Shown here one piece after another: positions 47,935 through 56,526 of a stretch of 64,000 bases of DNA. The stretch is from NCBI GenBank assembly GCA_905234075.1, contig CAJOGI010000007.1, forward strand, positions 19,550 to 83,549, in the 5' to 3' direction. The translations under genes and the position numbers were made by a program. The notes beneath the pieces were generated by a model. The model made no database searches and was not told the DNA's origin. It saw only the letters and a list, made by a program, of their open reading frames with translations. The number at the start of each line of letters is the position of its first letter. Position 1 is the first letter of the stretch. Source of the DNA: an uncultured Synergistales bacterium. Its GTDB lineage: Bacteria; Synergistota; Synergistia; Synergistales; Aminobacteriaceae.

Positions 47935-49317
47935 TTAGGCTTTATGCAAAGAAATTTTGAAAGTGCTTCCCTTGCCCTTTACGCTCTGAGCCGTTATTGT
48001 TCCGCCGTGAGCTTCAACGGCTGCTTTGACAATCGCAAGCCCGACTCCGCTTCCGCCCGTAACTCTCGTGCGAGACTCGTCCGCCCTGTAAAATCTTTCA
48101 AAAATGTTCGGCAGATCTTTTTCAGAAATTCCTATACCGGTGTCGCTGACCTCAATAAAAATTTTATCGTCCGCCGAAAATAATTTTGTCTTAACTTTTC
48201 CGCCCTTGTTAGTGTAGCGCAGAGCGTTCGAGAGAAGATTATCAATTACGTGTCTGAATTTATCTCCGTCAATTTCACAGAATAAATTATTTTCAAGCTC
48301 GGCTGAAAAATTTATTCCTGCTTTCTCAAAAACAGGCTCAAAACTTTCAAGCACAGGCTCTAGAAATTTTTTCATGTCCGTTTTTTCCGTATGGATTTCG
48401 AGCGATTCACCTTCTAGGCGCGTCAGGGCTTCGACATTTTCAATTAAACCTCCAAGCCTGTTTATTTCGTTCGTGCATAATTCCAAGCGTTCGGGCGTAG
48501 GCTCTAAAATTCCGTCGGCTATCGCTTCAATCTGCGTTCTTACTACAGTTAAAGGCGTTCGCAGTTCGTGAGCTACATCGACCATTAAACGGCGGCGCAG
48601 TTTCTCCTGACCGGCGAGCGAGTGCGAGAGATTTTCAACTCCTTTTATTAAGTCGTCAAGCTCTTTAATTCCGACGGGCAAAAGATTTTCAGAAGTTTTG
48701 TAATCGCCCTTCGCAATTTTTTTCGTCCGTTCAATAACTTTTATGACGGGACGGCTCAATTTTTCCGCGACTAGACAGCCGACACCGCAGGCAAATAAAA
48801 TCATTATCAACGCTCCGGCCATCGTGTAGCGCAATAAATAATCTATAAAAGAATTTTCGTAGCGTCCGCTTGGAAGTTTTCGCTCAATTTCAAGACGGCC
48901 GATATTTTTTTCGCCTCCGAGTCTCAAAGTTATATGCTCGGAATTTGCCGTATTATCATTTTCATTGCTATTAACGTTCATGTGTCCCTTATGAGACATT
49001 TGAAGCGGCCTTAACGTAAAAATTTCACGGCCGTTTCTGTCAATTAAAGTTATCGTCATTCCAAACCATTGAGGCGCAGGGCGTAAGATGTCCATCACGC
49101 GGCGGCGTTTCCATATTCCGCCCTCTTCCTCGTAAAGTTCCGTTAAAGACTCTCCGAGATTTTCGAGGTCTGCCTGACGACGCTGAACCTGATAATTTCT
49201 GAAGGCATTGACGCTCAAGTGGAGGCCGAGCACGGGCACGACAATCCCGCTCAAGACCGCAAGCAAAACATAAAGCGCGAGAAAATGTCTGCGCAGCGAT
49301 TTATTTTTCATCGTCAA
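47935..49317 (-). CDS. sensor histidine kinase (periplasmic sensor, HAMP, HisKA with H-box VAHELRTPL, HATPase_c)
   Basis: Two TM helices flank an approximately 140-aa periplasmic domain containing a His-containing stretch, SHKGHMNVNS. Confidence 0.85.
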   Translation of the reverse strand: MTMKNKSLRRHFLALYVLLAVLSGIVVPVLGLHLSVNAFRNYQVQRRQADLENLGESLTELYEEEGGIWKRRRVMDILRPAPQWFGMTITLIDRNGREIFTLRPLQMSHKGHMNVNSNENDNTANSEHITLRLGGEKNIGRLEIERKLPSGRYENSFIDYLLRYTMAGALIMILFACGVGCLVAEKLSRPVIKVIERTKKIAKGDYKTSENLLPVGIKELDDLIKGVENLSHSLAGQEKLRRRLMVDVAHELRTPLTVVRTQIEAIADGILEPTPERLELCTNEINRLGGLIENVEALTRLEGESLEIHTEKTDMKKFLEPVLESFEPVFEKAGINFSAELENNLFCEIDGDKFRHVIDNLLSNALRYTNKGGKVKTKLFSADDKIFIEVSDTGIGISEKDLPNIFERFYRADESRTRVTGGSGVGLAIVKAAVEAHGGTITAQSVKGKGSTFKISLHKA

Positions 49318-49987
49318 ATCTGTAGCCGAAGCCGTATACGGTTTTAATCCAGCCGTTTTCGTGGCCAGGCTCGGCTAATTTTTTGCGCAGATTTTTTATA
49401 TATGTGTCTATTGTTCTGTCAAAGCCGTCGTAATCTTCGCCGAGTGCAGTCCGTATAATTTCCTCTCTTGACCATGTGCGGACGGGTCTTGAGACAAGCG
49501 TCGAGAAGATTAAAAATTCGCTCCTCGTTACAGGAATTGTTACGCCGTCCTTGCGGATTTCCACGCGCTCCGGATCGATTTCTATTCTTCCGTCAGCATA
49601 CAAGCCCGATGCAATATTATCACGTGTTTCTTTCGGCCTCATCTGCGCCCTTATGCGTGCCATTAATACACGCGGGCTGAAAGGTTTTGAGACGTAATCG
49701 TTTGCTCCCGTGTCAAGTCCGTAAACAACATCAGCCTCGCTTGATTTTGCCGTGAGCATGATTATGGGCACTGAAGAAGATTTTTCGCGTATCCTCCGGC
49801 AGACCTCCTCGCCGTTCAATTTCGGGAGCATTAAATCAAGAATCACTAAATCAATTTCATCGCGTTCAAAAATTTCAAGAGCCTCTAAGCCGTCCGAAGC
49901 GATCACAGTCTCGTAGCTCTCGCGTTTTGCGTAAGCACTGACTACTTCAGCTATTGAGGCTTCGTCTTCAACGATTAAGATTTTCAT
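49301..49987 (-). CDS. OmpR-family response regulator
   Basis: Receiver domain with DLMLP...K, plus a winged-helix C-terminus. The start was set at MKILIVEDE. Confidence 0.85.
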   Translation of the reverse strand: MKILIVEDEASIAEVVSAYAKRESYETVIASDGLEALEIFERDEIDLVILDLMLPKLNGEEVCRRIREKSSSVPIIMLTAKSSEADVVYGLDTGANDYVSKPFSPRVLMARIRAQMRPKETRDNIASGLYADGRIEIDPERVEIRKDGVTIPVTRSEFLIFSTLVSRPVRTWSREEIIRTALGEDYDGFDRTIDTYIKNLRKKLAEPGHENGWIKTVYGFGYRFDDEK

Positions 49988-50087
49988 AAAAAATTTTTCT
50001 CCTTTCACAAAATTTCCATTTTTATTTCATTTTGCGTTCATAATTTATTGTTATTCTATCAGCGTTGAAACAAGGAGGTCGAAAAAA

Positions 50088-50411
50088 ATGAAAGGAACAA
50101 AAAAATTAGCAGCATTTTTAACGGTAATCGCAGCAGGAAGTGTTTTTTACACGGCAGATCCGGCAGCAGCAAAAGGACTTGAGCTTGAGGGAATACAAAT
50201 AGTTTTCGGCCGTCATCATGACGCACCGCCGCCCCCTCCTCCTGGTCCGGGACCGCATCATCATCGCCATCACCCCCATTACGCGCCGCCTCCTCCGCCT
50301 CCGCCCCCACATCATCAGCACGCATTTCATCACGGAGGGCCAAGACCGGGTCCGGGACCGCATCATCATGGAGGACATATGCCCCCGCCTCGTCATTACC
50401 ATCATCGTTAA
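50088..50411 (+). CDS. small secreted His/Pro-rich protein (putative periplasmic metal-binding peptide)
   Basis: Signal peptide followed by PPPPPPGPGPHHHRHHPHYAPPPPPPPPHHQHAFHHGGPRPGPGPHHHGGHMPPPRHYHHR. An internal DNA direct repeat, ggtccgggaccgcatcatcat, occurs twice. Confidence 0.55.
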   Translation: MKGTKKLAAFLTVIAAGSVFYTADPAAAKGLELEGIQIVFGRHHDAPPPPPPGPGPHHHRHHPHYAPPPPPPPPHHQHAFHHGGPRPGPGPHHHGGHMPPPRHYHHR

Positions 50412-50479
50412 AGATTTTGAGGGGCTTTTTAGAAAAGATTTTTTGATATAAATAAAAATTTTTAGGAGGTAACTTAATT

Positions 50480-50965
50480 ATGAAAAAAATATTAGCAGTA
50501 ATCGTAGCAGTGTGTGTAGTTTTTGGAGCAGCAGCGGCGTTCGCCCAGCAGGGAAGAGATAACAACGGCACTCAGGAATTTCGCGGTCAGCCGCAGTTTA
50601 ATCGCCAGAATTTCAACGGACAGCGCGGAAATTTTCAGAACTACCCGGCAAATTTTGAAGGCTGTTCTCCCGATTTCGGCCCGCGTCGCGGCAACGGCAG
50701 AATGGGCGGAATGAATTTCACCCCCGACATGCCCAAAGAGATCCGCGAAAAAGCCGCAGACCTAGCAAAACTTCGCATAGACCTTGAAGAAGCTCTTTCA
50801 AGCAGGCCGGTTAATAAGGCAAAGGCTCTTGATGTTCATGCGAAAATGCAGAAACTCCAAAACGAGATCGATACTTGGAGATTTCAAAAGAGGCTTGAAC
50901 GCATTGAGGAATTTCAGGAAAAAAGAGAACTGAACAAAAAAGCGCAGGACGCTCCAGAAAAATAA
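50480..50965 (+). CDS. periplasmic CpxP/Spy/ZraP-like (LTxxQ-family) protein
   Basis: Signal peptide present. FTPDMPKEIREKAADLAKLRIDLEEA and downstream helices resemble the LTxxQ-motif chaperone family. Confidence 0.45.
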   Translation: MKKILAVIVAVCVVFGAAAAFAQQGRDNNGTQEFRGQPQFNRQNFNGQRGNFQNYPANFEGCSPDFGPRRGNGRMGGMNFTPDMPKEIREKAADLAKLRIDLEEALSSRPVNKAKALDVHAKMQKLQNEIDTWRFQKRLERIEEFQEKRELNKKAQDAPEK

Positions 50966-51032
50966 AAATGTATTAATTAAAAATTGAGGAGTTCGGAAAA
51001 AAATCCGGCTCCTCATTTTTTTCATATGTGTC

Positions 51033-51224
51033 TCATATATATTGCTCTACTTGGTCATGAACGACCACCATATTATTAAAATCTTCAATCTGCGGACGCT
51101 GCACCATTATCGGCTCGCGTACATGGACAAATTGATTCTCAACTCGGCGCGTTACAAATCCCTTTTCGAGTCTGCTCACAGACCCTGCGGTGTCGTTAAT
51201 TATATTCGTCTGAACTACTCGCAT
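51033..51224 (-). CDS. small hypothetical protein (63 aa)
   Basis: A strong SD, ggagga, lies 8 nt upstream of the ATG. No recognisable family. Confidence 0.35.
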   Translation of the reverse strand: MRVVQTNIINDTAGSVSRLEKGFVTRRVENQFVHVREPIMVQRPQIEDFNNMVVVHDQVEQYI

Positions 51225-51368
51225 ATTAAATTCCTCCGTGAATTTTTTTCTAAACGCTGCAAAATAATTTTACACTATCGGCAAAAAAATTTTCATGAAA
51301 AAAATTCGCACTCTTATTTTTTTCTTGGACTTGTGAAATTTTGTGAACGCTGAAAGATTTTAATATTT

Positions 51369-51391
51369 CTGTAGTCCCCATTGTAGTCCCC
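51369..51391 (-). repeat. GGGGACTAC-N3-GGGGACTAC direct repeat, copy 2
   Basis: The plus strand reads ctgtagtccccattgtagtcccc. Confidence 0.7.
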
Positions 51392-51516
51392 AAAAATATT
51401 TTTCTCTCAAAAATTTTCGTGAATGGATTAGAATTTATTTTATCATAAAATTTTCCGCGCCGGCTCAAAAAAAAATGAGAAGTGTTTTTTCACTCCTCAT
51501 TCTTGAAATATTAACG

Positions 51517-52800
51517 TTAGCGCAAAACGCCCTTAAATCTTTCTCTGTTGACGTGTTCGGGCTTTGCCGGCTCAATCTCTCCGGCCTTCATTAATGCCAT
51601 TCGCGTAAGCATAGGCCCGACAAGTTCATAAACTAATACGCTGAATAAAATTATATTTCGGATTAAGCTGCCCATTTCAGCTCCGAGACTTTGTGCGCTG
51701 ACAACCATTCCAAGCGCGACACCGGCCTGCGGAAATAAAGTTATGCCTAAGTATTTTTTAACGTTCTCTGAACAGTTCATTATCGTACTGCTGATTGATG
51801 CGCCGAAATATTTTCCCAAGCACCTAGTCAAAATATAAACAAGTCCCGTAATTATCACGAACGGATATTGAAAGACAGAGAGCTCAAGCCTCGCGCCCGA
51901 TAACACAAAAAATACCGCGTATAAAGGAGCTGACCATTTCTCCGAGCGTTTCATGATGTCCGCAGAATATTCGCACATGTTGCAAAAAACCGTGCCGAGC
52001 GTCATACACACGAGCAGAGACGAGAAAGCCACGCGGACTTGGCCGAAATGAAATTCCTGCGTTGCAAGAGAAATTGTCATCATTACAAACGCGATCGTCA
52101 TTGAAAGCCTGTTCGAGTTTGAGAAAAATAATTTTTCTATCTGTGTTAATATCCAGCCCATGAACGCGCCTAAAATTACGGAGCTTATAATTTCAATTAA
52201 GGGATTTATTATGATCGAGACAAAATTTATCGCGCCGCCGATCATTGCCTGAGCAACTCCGATTGAAACGGCGAATATGATAAGCCCTGCCGCGTCGTCA
52301 AGAGCAACGATGGGCAGCAGTAAATCAGTTACCGGGCCTTTAGCTTTGAACTGCCGGACGACCATTAACGTAGCCGCCGGAGCCGTAGCCGCAGCAATCG
52401 CGCCCAAAGTTATAGCTGCCGGGATTGGAAGGACATCACCGCCAAGTTTCACGCTCAAGGCGATTAAAGCGACGTCAACAAAAATTGTCGCGGCCAACGC
52501 CTGAAAAATTCCGATAAAAGTTGCGGCCTTGCCCATTTCTTTTAACTGGGCTACTCTAAATTCGCTGCCGATGTCAAAAGCTATGAAGCCAAGCGCGAGA
52601 TTTGAAAGAATATTCACGCTTGCAAGTTCAGCAGAAGAATCAAAACCGATGTAAAAACGTCCAAGCACATACGGCCCGACGAGAACGCCGGCAATTAAAA
52701 ACGATGTTACGTCAGGAAACTTGAAGCCGGAATATTTGAATGCTCTTGTCATCATTAAACCGGCGAACAAAGCAAAAGCAGTCTTGAGTAATAAAGACAT
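51517..52800 (-). CDS. cation:proton antiporter (Na+/H+ exchanger family, CPA)
   Basis: 12-TM Na_H_exchanger-like sequence with no regulatory domain. Confidence 0.7.
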   Translation of the reverse strand: MSLLLKTAFALFAGLMMTRAFKYSGFKFPDVTSFLIAGVLVGPYVLGRFYIGFDSSAELASVNILSNLALGFIAFDIGSEFRVAQLKEMGKAATFIGIFQALAATIFVDVALIALSVKLGGDVLPIPAAITLGAIAAATAPAATLMVVRQFKAKGPVTDLLLPIVALDDAAGLIIFAVSIGVAQAMIGGAINFVSIIINPLIEIISSVILGAFMGWILTQIEKLFFSNSNRLSMTIAFVMMTISLATQEFHFGQVRVAFSSLLVCMTLGTVFCNMCEYSADIMKRSEKWSAPLYAVFFVLSGARLELSVFQYPFVIITGLVYILTRCLGKYFGASISSTIMNCSENVKKYLGITLFPQAGVALGMVVSAQSLGAEMGSLIRNIILFSVLVYELVGPMLTRMALMKAGEIEPAKPEHVNRERFKGVLR

Positions 52801-52865
52801 GTGAAAAAAAATCTGCCCTCTTTCATAAAATTAATTATCAAGCGTGAGATTATATCACTTTGTTC

Positions 52866-52925
52866 AGGTAGGAGTCGGGAATTTTTTTAACCTCCTAACT
52901 CCCACCTCCTAACTCCTACTTCAAA
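52866..52925. repeat. TAGGAGT-family inverted repeat/hairpin that overlaps and encodes the last approximately 11 codons of mnmA
   Basis: The sequence is caggtaggagtcgggaatttttttaacctcctaactcccacctcctaactcctacttc. The mnmA stop lies at 52887-52889 and the C-terminal EVGVRRWELGG is encoded by repeat sequence. Confidence 0.65.
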
Positions 52926-54029
52926 AATCGTTCCTCCGCCAATAACTAAATCGCCGTCATAAATCACAGCCGCTTGGCCTCGTGCAGGAGTTTTAATTTT
53001 TTCTTTGAACTCGATAATTAATTCATCGTCGTTAATTTGATTAATAATTGCAGGAATTTCTTTTTGACGGTAGCGCGTTTTGACTTTAGCGCAAAAATTT
53101 TCGGGCAGGTTATCGAACGCAATTAAATTTGCGCCGGAAATTTTTATTTTGTCGCAGTATAAACCGGCTTCGTCCTCCGGGACCAGAGTTATATTATTTG
53201 TAACGCTGTCGATTTTTGAGACGTAGAGGCGCGATTTTGCGGCGACTCCGAGCCCCCTGCGCTGTCCTGTCGTATAGTGAATTATTCCCTTATGAACGCC
53301 CAGAATTTTTCCCGAAGCGTCAATAAAATTTCCCGACGGATATTTTTTACCCGTGAAAATTTCTATAAATGCTCCGTAATTGCCGTCGGGTATGAAACAA
53401 ATATCCTGCGAGTCGTTTTTCTTTGCGTTAATAAAATTTAACTCCTGCGCAAGCTCACGGACTTCAGTTTTTTTCATGTCGCCCAAGGGAAATTCTGTTC
53501 GCGCCAACTGCTCCTGTGTCATCATATATAAAACATAACTTTGGTCACGCGATAAGTCTTCGGCCTTGAATAATAAAAATCTCCCCGAAGAATCTCGTTT
53601 GATTTTTGCGTAATGGCCAGTTGCGATTTTTTCAAGCCCTGATTCATTCGCGTGTTTCAGCAAAGCGCCGAACTTCAAAAATTTATTGCAGTCTATGCAG
53701 GGGTTGGGAGTTCCGCCGTCCTCGTAAACGCTGACGAATTTTTTTATAACGCTGTCCTCAAATTCCTGCATTAAATTCAAGACTTCGTGTTCAATGCCCA
53801 AAGTCTCACAGATTTTTTTCGCGTCAATTATGTTTTCGCGCGAACAGCACGGATATTTTGACGGGACTCCAAGAGACTCGTTCAGAAATAAAAGCATTGT
53901 CGCGCCGACGCACGTTTTATATTTTTGAGCCATTAAATAAGCGGAGACACTGCTGTCAACGCCCCCGCTCATAGCTATCAGGGAGGAGTTAGGAATTAGG
54001 AGGCAGGAGGTATTTTTTTCATTCATCAC
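52887..54029 (-). CDS. mnmA: tRNA 2-thiouridine(34) synthase MnmA
   Basis: PP-loop motif SGGVDSSV and catalytic Cys region NPCIDCN. The N-terminal MMNEKNTSCLLIPNSS and C-terminal VGVRRWELGG segments are encoded by heptamer-repeat DNA. Confidence 0.85.
   Translation of the reverse strand: MMNEKNTSCLLIPNSSLIAMSGGVDSSVSAYLMAQKYKTCVGATMLLFLNESLGVPSKYPCCSRENIIDAKKICETLGIEHEVLNLMQEFEDSVIKKFVSVYEDGGTPNPCIDCNKFLKFGALLKHANESGLEKIATGHYAKIKRDSSGRFLLFKAEDLSRDQSYVLYMMTQEQLARTEFPLGDMKKTEVRELAQELNFINAKKNDSQDICFIPDGNYGAFIEIFTGKKYPSGNFIDASGKILGVHKGIIHYTTGQRRGLGVAAKSRLYVSKIDSVTNNITLVPEDEAGLYCDKIKISGANLIAFDNLPENFCAKVKTRYRQKEIPAIINQINDDELIIEFKEKIKTPARGQAAVIYDGDLVIGGGTIFEVGVRRWELGG
53979..54011. repeat. TAGGAGT-family repeat inside the 5' end of mnmA
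   Basis: The sequence is cagggaggagttaggaattaggaggcaggaggt. Confidence 0.65.
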
Positions 54030-54156
54030 AATAAATTCGCTTTCTATTTTTTTTTATTTCTGCCCAGCCTAATTATTTTAATAAGGCGGTTGCGTAGAAA
54101 GCAGGAAATAGGAGCTTCCCATAAATTTTATTTTCACTTAAAAATTTTTTCATCTT

Positions 54157-54190
54157 TAACTCCTAACTCCTACCTCCTAACTCCTACCTA
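54157..54190. repeat. TAGGAGT-family repeat (minus-sense) immediately after the aminotransferase stop
   Basis: The plus strand reads ttaactcctaactcctacctcctaactcctacct. Confidence 0.7.
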
Positions 54191-55378
54191 TTTCACGAGC
54201 TGTGCCATTTTCTTTAATCTTCTGATTGCTTCTTCGAGAACTTCATCGGAGCGTGCAAAATGGAAACGGATTAAGTTATTAATCGGCTCTCTGAAGAAAC
54301 TTGAGCCGGGCACGGCGGCAACGCCGATATTTTTTATCACCCATTCGCAGAACTCCAAGTCGCTCCAGCCTTTGAACTGTTCAAGCTCAAGGAAATTTGA
54401 AATGTCAACCATGACGAAATAAGAGCCCTGCGGGACGTTATGCTTCAGTCCTGCCTCGTCAAGTCCTTCGAGAAATCTGTTGCGCTTGTGAGTATATTTT
54501 TCTTTCAGCTCGTCATAATATTCATCAGGGAGTAAAAACGCCTGCGTGGCGGCTTCCTGTAACGGCGCAGCAGCTCCGACCGTCAAGAAGTCGTGAACTT
54601 TTCTTGCTCCATCGACGACATCTTCAGGCCCGATTAAATATCCCAAACGCCAGCCGGTGATTGAATAAGTCTTTGAGAGAGAGTTGCACGTTATAACGTG
54701 GTCGAACATTCCCGGAAGTCCCGAAGCGTAGACGTGCTTATAAGGGTCAAAGACTATGTGTTCATAAACTTCATCAGTTACAACGTAAGCATCATATTTT
54801 ACGGCCAAGTTACAGATTTCGAGCAGCTCTTCTTTCTTGAAAACTTTTCCGCACGGGTTAGACGGGTTGCAGATTACAATAGCCTTTGCTCCGTCCTTGA
54901 AGCCCTGTTCGATTAATTTAATATCATAGTCATAAGTCGGAGGCACTAGCGGAATATAAATAGGGGACGCACCTGAAAGAATTGCATCGGCTCCGTAATT
55001 TTCGTAAAAAGGCGAGAAGACCATGACTTTGTCGCCGGGGTTGCAGATTGTCATCATTGCGCACATCATTGACTCGGTGCTTCCGCAGGTGATTACGATT
55101 TCTTTTTCCGGATCAATCTCGCGCCCGATAGCTTTGCCCTGTTTAGCGCAGACAGCGTCGCGGAAATTTTTAGCTCCGAATGTTATTGCGTACTGATGAG
55201 GTCCTGTGTAAGCCGTTTTTGCGAGCGAGTCTAACATTTCTTTGGGCGGCTCCCAGTCGGGAAACCCCTGAGAAAGATTAATCGCCCCGTACTTGTTGCA
55301 AATTCTTGTCATGCGGCGGATAACGGAGTCTGTGAAAGTGCCTACTCTATCGCTGAGTTTTGGCATAATTAATTTCAA
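54188..55378 (-). CDS. PLP-dependent class I/II aminotransferase (aspartate/methionine aminotransferase-like)
   Basis: PLP-Lys region SLSKTYSITGWRLGY and a fold-type I pattern. Confidence 0.75.
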   Translation of the reverse strand: MKLIMPKLSDRVGTFTDSVIRRMTRICNKYGAINLSQGFPDWEPPKEMLDSLAKTAYTGPHQYAITFGAKNFRDAVCAKQGKAIGREIDPEKEIVITCGSTESMMCAMMTICNPGDKVMVFSPFYENYGADAILSGASPIYIPLVPPTYDYDIKLIEQGFKDGAKAIVICNPSNPCGKVFKKEELLEICNLAVKYDAYVVTDEVYEHIVFDPYKHVYASGLPGMFDHVITCNSLSKTYSITGWRLGYLIGPEDVVDGARKVHDFLTVGAAAPLQEAATQAFLLPDEYYDELKEKYTHKRNRFLEGLDEAGLKHNVPQGSYFVMVDISNFLELEQFKGWSDLEFCEWVIKNIGVAAVPGSSFFREPINNLIRFHFARSDEVLEEAIRRLKKMAQLVK

Positions 55379-55563
55379 ATCCTTTCATAATTCTAAAGTA
55401 CTTTTTACTGAAAATTTTAATTTTTTTTTCTTAATTTGCAATATATGCAATATATTTATCTAGCCTGCTTTCTTTACTTTTTTTAATTTTTCTCTTAAAA
55501 TTCAAACAATTCTTCAAGTCTTATCTTAAAATAAATATAAATTTCGTAAAAGAGTGAAAAATA

Positions 55564-56391
55564 ATGAAGAAATATCTGTTCGCTTTAATTGTGTTGCTGT
55601 CCGTGCTTCTTTACACGCTGGGTCATCGTGTTAATAGGATTGAAGTGCTTCGTATAGGCTGTGAATGCGACTATCCTCCTAATAATTGGGAAGAAGACAG
55701 GGAGACTGATTCAAACGCTCCGATCGTAAATAGAGAAGGCTTTTATGCTGAAGGTTATGACATTCAAATTGCTAAGGCAGTGGCTGAAAAAATCGGAGCT
55801 AGGCTTGAAGTGAAAAAAATTTTGTGGCAGGATCTTATACCGGCTTTGCAAAGAAGAGAAATTGACGCTATATTTTCAGGTATGCTCGATACTGACGAGC
55901 GCAAAGCACGCGCCGACTTTTCTGATACGTACGACTATTTTGAGACCGAGTACGCGATTATCGTCCACAAAGACAGCAAATACGCCAAAGCTCAAAAGCT
56001 AAATGATTTTTACGGAGCCGTAATAACAGGGCAGGCGGGAACGGCTCTGGACGTTCTTGTAGAGCAGGTGCCGGGGGCTATTCACGTTGAGCCTGCCGAT
56101 ACGTTCACAGAACTGCTCGATAAACTTTTGAACAATGACGTTGACGGCATTGTCATTAACGTAGATACCGGCGAAATATATGAAAAATCGCATCAGGATC
56201 TGCTAATGGTGAGATTTCCAAAAGGCAAAGGATTTAAGTTAAATTTTACGGGGACCTGCGTTGGAGTCCGTAAGAAAAATGACACTCTTTTGAGAGCAAT
56301 AAACAGCGCATTAAGTGAACTTTCAAAGAGGGACCGTCAAAGATTAATGGACATGACGATTTTAAGGCAGTGGGAAAATATTAATATCTGA
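55564..56391 (+). CDS. solute-binding protein family 3 (SBP_bac_3) paralog A
   Basis: N-terminal anchor/signal and an SBP_bac_3 fold. No adjacent permease or ATPase genes. Confidence 0.6.
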   Translation: MKKYLFALIVLLSVLLYTLGHRVNRIEVLRIGCECDYPPNNWEEDRETDSNAPIVNREGFYAEGYDIQIAKAVAEKIGARLEVKKILWQDLIPALQRREIDAIFSGMLDTDERKARADFSDTYDYFETEYAIIVHKDSKYAKAQKLNDFYGAVITGQAGTALDVLVEQVPGAIHVEPADTFTELLDKLLNNDVDGIVINVDTGEIYEKSHQDLLMVRFPKGKGFKLNFTGTCVGVRKKNDTLLRAINSALSELSKRDRQRLMDMTILRQWENINI

Positions 56392-56526
56392 CGCCCGCGT
56401 CTTATTACAGGGGTTATTTACTTTTTTTAATTTTTCTCTTAAAATGCCTCTAATTTTCCGACTTTTTATAAACTTCGCACATTCCAGAAAATTAAAGAGG
56501 GTAGGAGATAAAGGAGTGAAATAAAA

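Noticed and set aside
50059-50571. Several antisense and alternate-frame ORFs across the His/Pro-rich gene (50059..50571 -, 50118..50405 -, 50218..50451 +)
   Set aside because: These are artefacts of the GC-rich, low-complexity CCN/CAY repeat, which is open in many frames. The plus-frame ORF with signal peptide and RBS is the credible one.
54090-54422. 110-aa plus ORF and a 25-aa minus ORF in the mnmA/aminotransferase intergenic region
   Set aside because: They overlap the repeat and terminator sequence and the aminotransferase 3' end, and have no RBS.
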